Part shown: positions 20,252-29,963 of the stretch, piece by piece
Layout of the letters: every line of letters begins with the position of its first letter
How positions within the stretch are numbered: the stretch's first letter is position 1
Origin: Elusimicrobiota bacterium
GTDB taxonomy: Bacteria > Elusimicrobiota > Elusimicrobia > JACQJP01
Reading direction: 5' to 3'
NCBI GenBank assembly: GCA_016204975.1
Contig: JACQJP010000055.1
Location: 2,098 to 66,097, forward strand
Length of the DNA: 64,000 bases
Translations under genes and position numbers: made by a program
Notes under the pieces: model-generated
What the model was told of the DNA's origin: nothing
What the model saw: the letters and a program-made list of their open reading frames with translations, nothing else
Database searches by the model: none

Positions 20252-21892
20252 GTGTCTTGGAAATTTTTTGGGCCCTGGATCTTGCTCCTGGCGGGGGCCC
20301 ACCTCTTCTTGGGTTTTCAAGCCATCCGCCATGCCGCCCCCGCCTACGATGAATCCTCGCACCTAGCCTCCGGATACACCTACTGGGCACACGGGCGCTA
20401 CCTCCTCAATAACCTCTATCATCCTCCCCTGGCCAGGCTCGCGGCGGCCCTGCCCCTATTGGCTTTAAAGCCCCTCCACTTCTCCCACCATCCGTATTGG
20501 ACCTCTTTGCGCCAGTATCCCTACGCCCATCTTTTCCTCTACGAAAACCGCTACCCGGCCGAGAAGATGCTCCACCTGGCCCGGGGGTTCCAGTTTGTGC
20601 TCTGGACCCTGGTCCTGGGCAGCTTTCTTTTTCTTTGGACCCGCCGGGTGGCGGGGCCCCTCGCCGCCGGGGCGGCGCTTTTTTTCCACGCCTTCTCCCC
20701 GAATATCCTGGGCTACGGCACTCTCATCACGACCGACTTCGCTCCCACCGTACTCTTCTTCACCCACTTCTACTGCCTCTACCGCTTCAATGAAAACTCC
20801 TCCAAAAAATGGAGCTGGGCCGGCGCGGCCGCAATCTTGGCCGGGCTGGCTCTGGGATCCAAATTCAGCATGGCCATCCTCCTGCCCATGGGCGTTCTCT
20901 TTTTCGCAGTCTTGCGGCAATGGAAGTTCCTTCCCCTCTACCTGGCCCTGGCCCTGTTGAGCCTGGCCGGCCTCTACCGGTTTACGGATTTTTCCCTGTA
21001 CTGGCAGGGTCTAGGCTACTTAGCCGGCGACCTGGAGCGCGGGCGCTCCTCCTTTCTCCTTGGAAATCACTCCACGACCGGATGGTGGTACTACTTTCCC
21101 GTCGCCATCCTGGTCAAGACTCCTCTGAGCCTGCTCCTGTCGGCCTCACTGGGAGCGGCGATCTGTGTTGCGGGTACCGGCCGGGAGGCCGGAGGCCTCC
21201 CGCGCGCCGGCACCCGCTTCCAAAAACTGATTCTGTTTCTGCCGCCGCTGCTGTATCTATTGGCCGCGTGCTCTTCCAAAGTTCAGATCGGCGTTCGGCA
21301 CGTGCTGCCGATCTACCCCTATCTCTTCCTGTGCGCCGGAGTGGGCGTCGCAGCCCTCTGGTCCCACAGGCGCTACGCTCTCCTGGTGCCGCTGCTTTGC
21401 TCCTGGCAGGGAATCAGTCTTTTTCGCGCCCATCCCTATCCCCTCACCCACTTCAATGAGTTGGCGGGAGGGCCCTCCGGGGGCTACCGAATCCTCACCG
21501 ACTCCAACCTGGATTGGGGGCAGGGCCTCCAGGCCCTGGGGGACTATCTGCGGGAGAGGGGATCGCCTTCCATCCTCCTTTCCTATTTTGGAACCGCCGA
21601 TCCGCATCATTACGGCATCCGTTACCTCCCCACACTCTGCGTGACCAATATTGAGCTTCCAGGGAACCTTCCCGCGTCCCAGAAAATGCCGGAGCTTTTG
21701 GCGGTCTCGGCGACCAACCTGCAGGGAACCTACTACGCCGACAAAGGGATCTGGGAGTGGCTCCGCGAGAGGCGCCCCCTCTTTCGAGCCGCCCACTCGA
21801 TCTTCCTCTATGATCTGAGCCGGGACCCGGAAGGCCTAAAAAGGGTGGGCAGGCTCCTCGGCGACTTCCATGGCGGCACGCAAAGAAATTAA
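20252..21892 (+). CDS. GT-C fold glycosyltransferase (PMT/ArnT-like, family 39-like)
   Basis: YDESSHLASG, HPPL, TTD, KFS, DSNLDWGQ; many TM helices. Confidence 0.85.
   Translation: MSWKFFGPWILLLAGAHLFLGFQAIRHAAPAYDESSHLASGYTYWAHGRYLLNNLYHPPLARLAAALPLLALKPLHFSHHPYWTSLRQYPYAHLFLYENRYPAEKMLHLARGFQFVLWTLVLGSFLFLWTRRVAGPLAAGAALFFHAFSPNILGYGTLITTDFAPTVLFFTHFYCLYRFNENSSKKWSWAGAAAILAGLALGSKFSMAILLPMGVLFFAVLRQWKFLPLYLALALLSLAGLYRFTDFSLYWQGLGYLAGDLERGRSSFLLGNHSTTGWWYYFPVAILVKTPLSLLLSASLGAAICVAGTGREAGGLPRAGTRFQKLILFLPPLLYLLAACSSKVQIGVRHVLPIYPYLFLCAGVGVAALWSHRRYALLVPLLCSWQGISLFRAHPYPLTHFNELAGGPSGGYRILTDSNLDWGQGLQALGDYLRERGSPSILLSYFGTADPHHYGIRYLPTLCVTNIELPGNLPASQKMPELLAVSATNLQGTYYADKGIWEWLRERRPLFRAAHSIFLYDLSRDPEGLKRVGRLLGDFHGGTQRN
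21170..21217. repeat. 48-bp palindromic in-frame insertion (small hairpin repeat family)
   Basis: GCGGGTACCGGC..CGGGAGGCC-gga-GGCCTCCCG..GCCGGCACCCGC; the reverse complement resembles 44136-44180. Confidence 0.6.
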
Positions 21893-24800
21893 AGAAATTG
21901 AGGCCCGAATCACCTTCCTTCTGTGGAGAGCGAGGTTCCAAAACCTGCTCTTCTGGACGGCCTCCGCCCTAAGCCTATTGAGTCTGACCCTCCTTCTGCT
22001 GCTTCTTTTGGACCGGAGGTTCTCCCTGCCCCATGGACTCCGCCTCCTGTCGGGCGGGGCACTGTGGGCGGCCGCTGCGCTCAGCGCGGCGGCCGTGGGA
22101 TGGCACCTCTTCGGAAGGATCCGCCCGATATGGATCATCCAGAAAATTCAGTCCCGTTTTCCGCAGATGCGCGATCATCTTCTGCACGCCTGGCTCCTGG
22201 GACGCGAGATTCAAGAGGGCCGCCTGCGGCACGTCTCGGAGGAGTTGGCCCAAAAGCATATCCTGGAAACCTTGCGCAGGCTCAGCGAGCTGCCGCTTCA
22301 AAAATGCCTGCGCCTGCCCGGAGACTGGAGAATCTTCTCCGGGTGGACCCTGGCCCTGTGCCTGCCCTTGTGGCTCGCGGGAAGGCCCGACTCCGGCCCC
22401 CGCGCCCTCCAGCGCCTGCTCGCACCCTGGAGGGACCCCACCCTGGAGGAGCTGCTGGAGATTTCTCCTAAAGATGCGGCAGTGGCCTGGGGGAACTCCG
22501 TCTCGGTCTCCGCCGCTTGGAAAACCCCTCAAAAGACTCCCCCGGAGCTCTGGGTGCGCGGAGCCTCCGGCCAAGCCCCTTACCAAAAGGGGTGGGAGAC
22601 GTCCCAGGAGACCTCCTATGCCTTCACCTTCCCGGAACTGACGCAGTCCCTGGAATACTGGATACAGTGGCAGGACCTGCGCACCCGCCGTTACCAGTTG
22701 CATCCCATTCCCGCCCCCCAGTTCTCCAGTCTGGAGATCACCCTGGAGTTTCCGGCCTATACGCAGAAGGAGAAGTGGAAGACCTCCGCAGGGGACCTGG
22801 AGGCGCCGGCCGGCACCCGCATCGAGTGGAGGGGCTTCTCCGAAGAGCTCCTTCGCAGCGCCTTCCTGCAGGTGCTGGGAGGCCCTAAAAAAATCCTGCG
22901 GCATATCCCTTCAAAAAAAGGCCCTCACCTCTACGCCGCTTCCCACAAACTCCAGGAATCGGCGGAATATTCTTTCCTTTTGGAAAACGCCTGGGGGGTG
23001 TCCAACCCCCATCCCATCCGCTACCGCATGGCTGTGCTCCCGGACCAAGCTCCACAGGTGGATCTCCTCTCCCCCACCTTCGAGGTTCAGATCGGCCCCC
23101 GAGGCATCCTGCCCCTGACGGTGCAGGCCTCAGACGACTACGGCTTGACGGAGATTTCCCTGGTTTACCAAAGAAGGCATCCCAACGCCCACCCCACCTC
23201 CACAGTGCTCAAAAGCCTGCGCCCCTCCGCCCCGCGCCACCTCCTCACCCACCTATGGCCGCTGGCTCCCCTGGCCCCTTCCCTGGGGGAAAAAATAGAC
23301 TTTTGGATCGAAGCCAAAGATGACCGCCCCCCCGCGCCCCAAACCGGACGCTCCCGAAAAAACACCCTCCTCCTCGTGGATTTTGAGGAAACACACCGGC
23401 AGAGCGAAGCGACCCTGGAGAAGTTTCGGGAAAAGCTCCTGGAAACCCTGGCGGAACAGATCGCCGCCCATGATCTATTGGCCCAAACTCTGCCGCAACT
23501 TCAACGCCTTCAGATTCCGCCCGAAACCCTTCAGGCGCTTCAAGCAAAACAGAACCGGGCGACTCAATCCCTGGAAGCCTCCCGGCGCCACCTGGAAGAA
23601 GGCCTCCAGGCCCTTTTGCGGGATCCCTACCTCAACCCTGCCGCCCTCTCGGAATACCAGGCCATGCAACAAAACCTTCAGGCCCTCGCTCAGGGCCCTC
23701 TCCAGGACCTCCAGGAGGCGCTCGCCCAACGGAGATGGCCGCAGGCCCAAAACCTGCAAAACTCCCTCATCTCGGAGCTGGAAAAAATGGCGCTCCTGGC
23801 GGAGGAGGTGCTGAAATTTCAGCGCATGCGGGACGTCTTGACCGCCTCCCACAGCGCGGAACTCTCCACCCAGCGCCTCTCGGGGCTCCTCAAAGAACTG
23901 GCGGAGCAGTCCTCCGCACTCTCGGCCGCCCAAGCCCAGGAGCTGGCCGGCCTCCTGGGACACATCCAGAAAGACCTGCAGGATATCTCCAGGCTCCTCC
24001 AGGAACTCCCCCAGGATCTGCCGGAGGAATTCGTCAACCGCGCCGCCGCAGATTCCCTGGAGCTTCCAGAGATGCACTCCCTAACCGCCGGGCTTTCGGC
24101 AGCCTTAAGAGCAGGCGACTTCCAAAAAGCGGCGGAGCTGGCCAGGGAGCTTTCCAGAAAGCTCCAGACCCTCAAACAAAAACTCGGGGAGGCCGTCTCC
24201 CAAACGGGCCTATCCCAAACCCGGTCCGTCGCCGGCTCCTTAGACAGCGAGGCTCAAACCCTTCGCCAACTGATCCAAGAACAGGCAAAAACAGTGGAGG
24301 CGATCCGCGCGCAGGAAGAAAAACGCCTCCGAAGACTGATGGCGGCGCAGCAGGACCTTCTGGAGAAGCTGGAAAAAAGGCAGAGGGCGGTTCTTGAAAA
24401 GGCGGGGGGGCTCGCGCCCCACCTGATCCCCCAGAACACCCTGGACACCATGCGGGCGGTGGAGAAGGAGTTCGCGGACCGACAAGTCCTCCATGCCCAG
24501 CTCTACCTGGACAAAATCCTCCAAGAGCTGGAAAACCAAAAGCGGACGCACCCCAAGCAGACCCCCAACCTGGACCCCATCCAGCAGGAGGAAGGGGACA
24601 TCCTCAAAGAACTGCAAAAGAAACTCCCCAGCCCGCCTTGGAGAGGGGGGGAGGCAAAGGAGTTCACACAGCTCTCCCAAAAGGAGCAAGGGATTGAGGA
24701 GAGGGTGCGCAACCTCCACCGAGAGCTTCAGGAGATGACCCGAAAGACGGCCCTGATTCCCCGCGCATTCTTCGAGAAGAGTCTCCAGGCTCAGGAGGAG

Positions 24801-25142
24801 CTGGGTCGCTCCTCTCAGGCCCTAAGCCAGGCACACTCCCAAGGGGGGCTGGAAAGCGCCCAGAAGGCCCTGGAGCTTCTTGAGGAGGGAAGCTCCCAAC
24901 TTCAGTCGGCGGCCTCCAGAAGAAAATCCCTGGAAAGCCTGGCGGGACAAAGCGTCTCCACCTTCTTGCCCACCCAGGGACTCACCCCCGCAGGAGGCAT
25001 GGAGACGGGCTGGGTAAAAATCCCGGAGCCCAAACCGCTCCCCAGCTCGCTGCGGGAGGAAATCCTCAAGGCGCTTCAAGAAAAACTTCCCCAGGCCTAT
25101 GAATCGGCGGTGGAAAAATACTTCAAAAAAATTGTTGAGTAA
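21870..25142 (+). CDS. DUF4175-like membrane protein with Ig-like region and long coiled coil
   Basis: N-terminal TMs, FPAYT, PDQAPQV, ASDDYGL, Q/E/L-rich coiled coil, C-terminal PQAYESAVEKYF. Confidence 0.75.
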   Translation: MAARKEIKEIEARITFLLWRARFQNLLFWTASALSLLSLTLLLLLLLDRRFSLPHGLRLLSGGALWAAAALSAAAVGWHLFGRIRPIWIIQKIQSRFPQMRDHLLHAWLLGREIQEGRLRHVSEELAQKHILETLRRLSELPLQKCLRLPGDWRIFSGWTLALCLPLWLAGRPDSGPRALQRLLAPWRDPTLEELLEISPKDAAVAWGNSVSVSAAWKTPQKTPPELWVRGASGQAPYQKGWETSQETSYAFTFPELTQSLEYWIQWQDLRTRRYQLHPIPAPQFSSLEITLEFPAYTQKEKWKTSAGDLEAPAGTRIEWRGFSEELLRSAFLQVLGGPKKILRHIPSKKGPHLYAASHKLQESAEYSFLLENAWGVSNPHPIRYRMAVLPDQAPQVDLLSPTFEVQIGPRGILPLTVQASDDYGLTEISLVYQRRHPNAHPTSTVLKSLRPSAPRHLLTHLWPLAPLAPSLGEKIDFWIEAKDDRPPAPQTGRSRKNTLLLVDFEETHRQSEATLEKFREKLLETLAEQIAAHDLLAQTLPQLQRLQIPPETLQALQAKQNRATQSLEASRRHLEEGLQALLRDPYLNPAALSEYQAMQQNLQALAQGPLQDLQEALAQRRWPQAQNLQNSLISELEKMALLAEEVLKFQRMRDVLTASHSAELSTQRLSGLLKELAEQSSALSAAQAQELAGLLGHIQKDLQDISRLLQELPQDLPEEFVNRAAADSLELPEMHSLTAGLSAALRAGDFQKAAELARELSRKLQTLKQKLGEAVSQTGLSQTRSVAGSLDSEAQTLRQLIQEQAKTVEAIRAQEEKRLRRLMAAQQDLLEKLEKRQRAVLEKAGGLAPHLIPQNTLDTMRAVEKEFADRQVLHAQLYLDKILQELENQKRTHPKQTPNLDPIQQEEGDILKELQKKLPSPPWRGGEAKEFTQLSQKEQGIEERVRNLHRELQEMTRKTALIPRAFFEKSLQAQEELGRSSQALSQAHSQGGLESAQKALELLEEGSSQLQSAASRRKSLESLAGQSVSTFLPTQGLTPAGGMETGWVKIPEPKPLPSSLREEILKALQEKLPQAYESAVEKYFKKIVE

Positions 25143-26466
25143 CGTTTTGAAAAGTCTAGTTCTGATCCTGCTGCTTTTCTGGAGCCCGGCACAGCTTCGG
25201 CCGTCCTGGGCCGCCGTTCAGCCGGACTGGGAGCATCGCCAAAGCGCCCACTTTCTGCTGTACTACCAAAAACGGGACGGAATTCTCGTGGAAGGCTCCC
25301 TGGAGGCCTTAGAGAGCGCCTACCGGGAAATCGGAAACGATCTCCGCTATCATCCTCCGGATAAAATCCGGGTGGAGATCTACCGCACCAAAAAAGAATT
25401 CGCCCTCGCCTCCACCCTGGGAGAAAAAATTTTGGAGCATGCCGGGGTCATCGGCATCTACAAGTTCAACCGCCTCATGATCCTGACCCCCGAGGCCCTG
25501 GCCTTCGGGTACCGTTGGCAAGATGCCCTGGCGCACGAATACACCCACCTTCTGATCGACCGAATCTCTGCGGGACCCGACTACGGTCGGGGAGTGCCGG
25601 CTCAACACGCCTTTGGGGCCCGGCCTGCGGCCGCTGTCCCCCTGTGGCTCCATGAAGGAATCAGCAAGTACGAAGAAACCCGTTGGCGTCTGGCGACACC
25701 GCAGCCCCTAAGCCCGGGAGACTCCGATGAACTGGCCCAGGGCCTAGAGGCTTCCCGTCTCATCCCCTTCTCCGCCATGGAGCCCTCCCTGGTCTACCTG
25801 GACAGCCAGGAGGCGGTCTCCCTGGCCTTCGCCCAGGTGGCCCATGCCGTGGGGACCCTGGTTCAAACGCGTGGACCGGCGTCTCTGTCGGAGCTTTTGC
25901 GAAACCCCTCCCAACGGCCGGCCTTTACACAAGACTTCTACTTGGAATGGAAAGAGGCTCTGAAGGAAAATCCTCCGCCCCGCCTTCCGGGAGCCGCCAA
26001 AGGCCGCACCCACTTCAAAGGGGAAACGGAGGAGGTCTTCCTGGGAGCGGACCTGCGTGGGCTCATCCGCCTGGGGGACCGCTTCCGGCAAAGAAAGCTC
26101 CCGGAGATCGCCCTCCGAGAATACCGAAAGGCGCTGGAGCGGGAACCCTATAACCCCATCGCCCTCTACAAAACGGCCATGACCCTGCTGGAGACCCGCC
26201 GGAAGGATATCGCCCTGGAACACCTGGAAACCTCCACCCGCTACAATCCCCATCACGCCGCCGGCTGGATTCTTTTGGCGGATCAATATGTTACACTGAA
26301 GAACTGGGAGAAGGCGATCGCCGCATATACCGAGGCCCTCCGCATCAATCCCTTTAACCCCCATCCCTATCGGCAACTCCAGGTGATCCATACCCGGCTC
26401 GGAAACAAAGCGGAAGCGGAAAAACAGAATCAAAACCTGCAGCGGTTACAAACCGAGGGGCCATGA
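25099..26466 (+). CDS. Peptidase MA-like zinc metalloprotease with TPRs
   Basis: Signal peptide, HEYTH followed by PLWLHEG, C-terminal TPRs; true start may be a downstream TTG. Confidence 0.82.
   Translation: MNRRWKNTSKKLLSNVLKSLVLILLLFWSPAQLRPSWAAVQPDWEHRQSAHFLLYYQKRDGILVEGSLEALESAYREIGNDLRYHPPDKIRVEIYRTKKEFALASTLGEKILEHAGVIGIYKFNRLMILTPEALAFGYRWQDALAHEYTHLLIDRISAGPDYGRGVPAQHAFGARPAAAVPLWLHEGISKYEETRWRLATPQPLSPGDSDELAQGLEASRLIPFSAMEPSLVYLDSQEAVSLAFAQVAHAVGTLVQTRGPASLSELLRNPSQRPAFTQDFYLEWKEALKENPPPRLPGAAKGRTHFKGETEEVFLGADLRGLIRLGDRFRQRKLPEIALREYRKALEREPYNPIALYKTAMTLLETRRKDIALEHLETSTRYNPHHAAGWILLADQYVTLKNWEKAIAAYTEALRINPFNPHPYRQLQVIHTRLGNKAEAEKQNQNLQRLQTEGP
25570..25624 (+). mobile_element. 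55-bp CT-flanked mini element, copy 1 (in frame in peptidase MA gene)
   Basis: GCGGGACCCGACTACGGTCGGGGAGTGCCGGCTCAACACGCCTTTGGGGCCCGGC, with CT at 25568-69 and 25625-26. Confidence 0.92.
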
Positions 26467-27599
26467 CTCAAAACCTCCTTCAAAGCCTCTCTCCACCCCA
26501 GTTCAAACTCCTGCGCCAGATACGGAAATCGGCCCAAAAGTTCCGCCGCCCCGCCTATCTGGTGGGGGGATGCGTGCGGGACCTGCTCTTGGGAAAAAAA
26601 TCCCCGGACTGGGACGTGGCCACCGAAGGAGACCCTAGGCTCCTAGTGGAGGACTGTGCCCGCAGGTGGCGCAGGCCCTTTCACCAGCACGCCGCCTTCG
26701 GCACATACACCCTCACCCTTCGCACCTTGAGGATGGACTTCGCCACCTCCCGAAAAGAAACCTATCCCCATCCCGCGGCCCTGCCCCGGGTCTGGCCCGC
26801 CTCTATCGCCCTGGACCTTTTCCGAAGGGACTTCAGCATCAACTCCATGGCCCTCAAGCTCTGGCCGGAGCCTTTCGGAGAACTCCTGGACCCCTACGGA
26901 GGGCGCCGGGACCTTCAGGCTACGGTCCTGCGCGTGCTCCATCCGGGCAGCTTCGCGGACGATCCCACCCGCATCTTCCGCGCCGCGCGCTTCGCGGCTC
27001 GTTTCCGCCTCCGCCTCGATTCGGAGACAAAAGAATGGATGCAGCAGGCCCTCCGGGAACGGCTGCCGGATCATCTCTCCGAAGAACGTCTGAGCCATGA
27101 GCTCTGGAAGCTCCTGGAAGAAAAAGAGCCCCTACCGGCGCTTACCCTGCTCAAAAAATGGGGCGCCCTGACCTTTTTTCATCCACACCTGCGTCTGGCG
27201 CCAAAAATCTTCAAACCTTCGGATCCCATGACCCGCTTGGGGCTGTTTCTTTTGGAGCTGCCTTCTCCACAGGCCCAAGAACTCCTCGGGCGCCTGAAGC
27301 TGCCCAGGGAAAAAAGCCGGATCCTGCAGACCGCCCTGGAGGTCTGGGCCCAAAAGCAGTCTCCACTCCACCCCCTGCCGACGACCGCCTCCAAAATCCT
27401 GGCGGAGAAGCTGGGAGCCAAAAAGCTCTCGGCCCTAAAACCGATTCTTTTAACCGGCAAAGACCTCCAGGCTCAAGGAATTCCAGCCGGCAAAAACTAC
27501 AAAACCCTGCTGAAGAAGCTGGGAAAAGCCCAGTGGCGCGGCAAGCTCCGCACCCGCCCCCAAGCCTTCAAGCTCTTAAAATCCCTCCTCAGTTTGTAG
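26463..27599 (+). CDS. cca: CCA tRNA nucleotidyltransferase / poly(A) polymerase family
   Basis: LVGGCVRDLLLG, DWD, DLFRRDFSINSMA, SFADDPTRIFRAARF. Confidence 0.9.
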   Translation: MTQNLLQSLSPPQFKLLRQIRKSAQKFRRPAYLVGGCVRDLLLGKKSPDWDVATEGDPRLLVEDCARRWRRPFHQHAAFGTYTLTLRTLRMDFATSRKETYPHPAALPRVWPASIALDLFRRDFSINSMALKLWPEPFGELLDPYGGRRDLQATVLRVLHPGSFADDPTRIFRAARFAARFRLRLDSETKEWMQQALRERLPDHLSEERLSHELWKLLEEKEPLPALTLLKKWGALTFFHPHLRLAPKIFKPSDPMTRLGLFLLELPSPQAQELLGRLKLPREKSRILQTALEVWAQKQSPLHPLPTTASKILAEKLGAKKLSALKPILLTGKDLQAQGIPAGKNYKTLLKKLGKAQWRGKLRTRPQAFKLLKSLLSL

Positions 27600-27628
27600 C
27601 TCCCATGCAAAGATGTTAGAATCCCGCC

Positions 27629-28264
27629 ATGGACTGGATTCTTCAGCTTCCCATCCTGTTTTTTTCCGTGGTGATCCATGAGTTCTCCCACGGCTGGCTG
27701 GCCTTAAGACATGGAGACGATACCGCCTACCATTCGGGGCGCCTGACCCTCAATCCCCTTCCCCATATCGACCCCTTCGGCACGATCCTCCTGCCGGTCC
27801 TGTGCATCCTCTCCCACGCTCCGGTCTTCGGCTGGGCGAAACCGGTCCCCGTCAATCCCCTACGCCTGAACAATCCCTCCAGGGACATGGTCCGCGTCGC
27901 AGCGGTGGGGCCCCTCTCCAACATCCTCCTGGCCTTTTTGGCCGCTCTCCTGTTTCGCCTCAGCTTCGAACTCCCCGGCCTTCCCCGGGAGTTCCACTCC
28001 CTGCTGCGCCAGGTCCTGCACTTTACGGTCCAGATCAACCTCTTCCTGGCTGTCTTCAACCTCCTCCCCATCCATCCTTTAGACGGCAGTCAAGTGCTCT
28101 CCGGGCTCCTGCCGGACTCTTTGGGAGAAACCTACGACCGGCTGGCTCCCTACGGCTTTTTCCTCATCGTGTTTCTTCTGTGGACCGGCCTCCTAAGCCG
28201 AATCCTGATGCCTCCTGTCTCAATCCTTTACCAGAGCCTCCGGGCCTTGGGGCTCCTGCCATGA
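27629..28264 (+). CDS. Site-2 protease (M50) family protein
   Basis: HEFSH, GWAKPVP, AVGPLSN, FNLLPIHPLDG. Confidence 0.93.
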   Translation: MDWILQLPILFFSVVIHEFSHGWLALRHGDDTAYHSGRLTLNPLPHIDPFGTILLPVLCILSHAPVFGWAKPVPVNPLRLNNPSRDMVRVAAVGPLSNILLAFLAALLFRLSFELPGLPREFHSLLRQVLHFTVQINLFLAVFNLLPIHPLDGSQVLSGLLPDSLGETYDRLAPYGFFLIVFLLWTGLLSRILMPPVSILYQSLRALGLLP

Positions 28265-29238
28265 CGGTCGTCGTCTCCGGGGCCCGGCCGACCGGCAGGC
28301 AGCACCTGGGCAACTACTGGGGAGCCCTCAAAAACTGGGTGGAGCTGCAGGAAAACTTCCAGTGCTACTTCTTCATCGCGGATTGGCATTCCCTGACCAC
28401 CGGCTATGAACAAACCGCCGCACTCCAAGAGGACATTCGGGAGATGTTCCTGGATTGGCTGGCGGTGGGGCTGGACCCGGAAAAAAGCACCCTGTTTCTT
28501 CAGTCCCGCATCCCGGAGCATGCCGAGCTGGCGCTGCTTTTAGGCATGACCGTGCCCTTGGGTTGGCTGGAGAGAAACCCCACCTATAAAGAGCAACTCC
28601 GGGAGTTGAGTGGACGGGAAATAAAAACCTATGGTTTTTTAGGCTATCCAGTCCTGCAGGCGGCAGACATCTTCCTTTATAAAGCCGAAAAGGTGCCTGT
28701 GGGGGAGGACCAACTGCCCCATCTGGAACTGGCTCGCGAGATGGCCCGGCGCTTTGCCCATCTCTACCGCCCCGTCTTTCCGGAGCCGGAGGCCCTGCTG
28801 ACGCCCACCCCCAAGGTACCGGGCACAGATGCCCGAAAGATGTCTAAGTCCTATGGAAACGCCATCGAGCTGGCGGAGGAAGAAAAGACTCTTTCCGATA
28901 AAATCCTGCAGATGTACACCGATCCAAAAAAAATCAGGGCTAAAGATAAGGGGCACCCCGAGGGGTGTGTCGTCTTTGCCTTCCATAAATTGTATAGTGA
29001 CTACTGGAAAAGGCGCGAAAGCGAGTGCCGCAACGGCGAGATCGGCTGCGTGGCCTGCAAAGGGGACCTGACCCGCTCGATCGAGCCCGCCCTCCGGCTC
29101 GTCCGTGAAAAAAGGCGGGAGCTGTCCGGTCGGCGAAACCAGCTGGAGGAGCTTCTGGAGCAGGGCTGCCAAAAGGCCCGCCGGGTCGCCCGGCAAACCC
29201 TGGAAGAAGTCAAAGAGGCCATGAAGCTAAGTTACTGA
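28261..29238 (+). CDS. trpS: Tryptophan--tRNA ligase
   Basis: SGARPTGRQHLGNY, YPVLQAADI, VPVGEDQ, KMSKS; ATGA overlap with the upstream stop. Confidence 0.97.
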   Translation: MTVVVSGARPTGRQHLGNYWGALKNWVELQENFQCYFFIADWHSLTTGYEQTAALQEDIREMFLDWLAVGLDPEKSTLFLQSRIPEHAELALLLGMTVPLGWLERNPTYKEQLRELSGREIKTYGFLGYPVLQAADIFLYKAEKVPVGEDQLPHLELAREMARRFAHLYRPVFPEPEALLTPTPKVPGTDARKMSKSYGNAIELAEEEKTLSDKILQMYTDPKKIRAKDKGHPEGCVVFAFHKLYSDYWKRRESECRNGEIGCVACKGDLTRSIEPALRLVREKRRELSGRRNQLEELLEQGCQKARRVARQTLEEVKEAMKLSY

Positions 29239-29252
29239 GCCACGCAAAAATA

Positions 29253-29960
29253 ATGGTAGATATCCACCTGGAAATCTTTGAAGGCCCCCTGGATCTCCTC
29301 CTGCACCTCATCAAGAAAAACGACCTCAATATCTACGACATCCCCATCTCCCAAATCACACAGGAATACCTGGAGTACCTGGAACTGATGAAGGATTTAA
29401 ACCTGGAGGTGGCGGGAGACTTTCTGGTCATGGCCTCCACCCTCCTGCAGATCAAGGCCAAGATGCTGCTCCCCACGCCTCCCAGCGAAGAGGAGGAAGG
29501 GCCCGATCCCCGCCAGGAGCTGGTGGAGAGGCTCTTGGAGTACCAAAAATACAAGCAGGCCGCCCATTTTCTCCAAGGCCGATACGAGCAATTCAAGGAC
29601 ATTCATTATCGTGAGACCCCGCGCTTCAAAGACGAGGAGAAGGTGCTCGCCGTAAACCTCTTTGAGTTGTTGGAAGCCCTCAAGGAGGCTTTGGAGAACG
29701 CCCAGCGCGTCCCCCAGGAGATCGCCGGGGAGGAATTCCCCATTGAGGAGAAAGTCCAAAAAATCCTATTTTTGTTGGACAAGGCCCCCCTGATCACCCT
29801 CCGGGAAATCTTCCGGGGAGAATACAAGAGACTGGGGGTGATTGCCTGCTTCCTGGCCCTGCTGGAGCTGGTCAAAACGGGAAAAATCTTCTGCCGTCAA
29901 AAAGAGCTCTTTGGAGAGGTGCAGATCTTTAAGAAGGAAACCGCCCTGGCTTCGGCCTAA
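29253..29960 (+). CDS. scpA: Segregation and condensation protein A
   Basis: FEGPLDLLLHLI, FLVMASTLLQIKAKMLLP, FLALLELVK. Confidence 0.96.
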   Translation: MVDIHLEIFEGPLDLLLHLIKKNDLNIYDIPISQITQEYLEYLELMKDLNLEVAGDFLVMASTLLQIKAKMLLPTPPSEEEEGPDPRQELVERLLEYQKYKQAAHFLQGRYEQFKDIHYRETPRFKDEEKVLAVNLFELLEALKEALENAQRVPQEIAGEEFPIEEKVQKILFLLDKAPLITLREIFRGEYKRLGVIACFLALLELVKTGKIFCRQKELFGEVQIFKKETALASA

Positions 29961-29963
29961 ACC

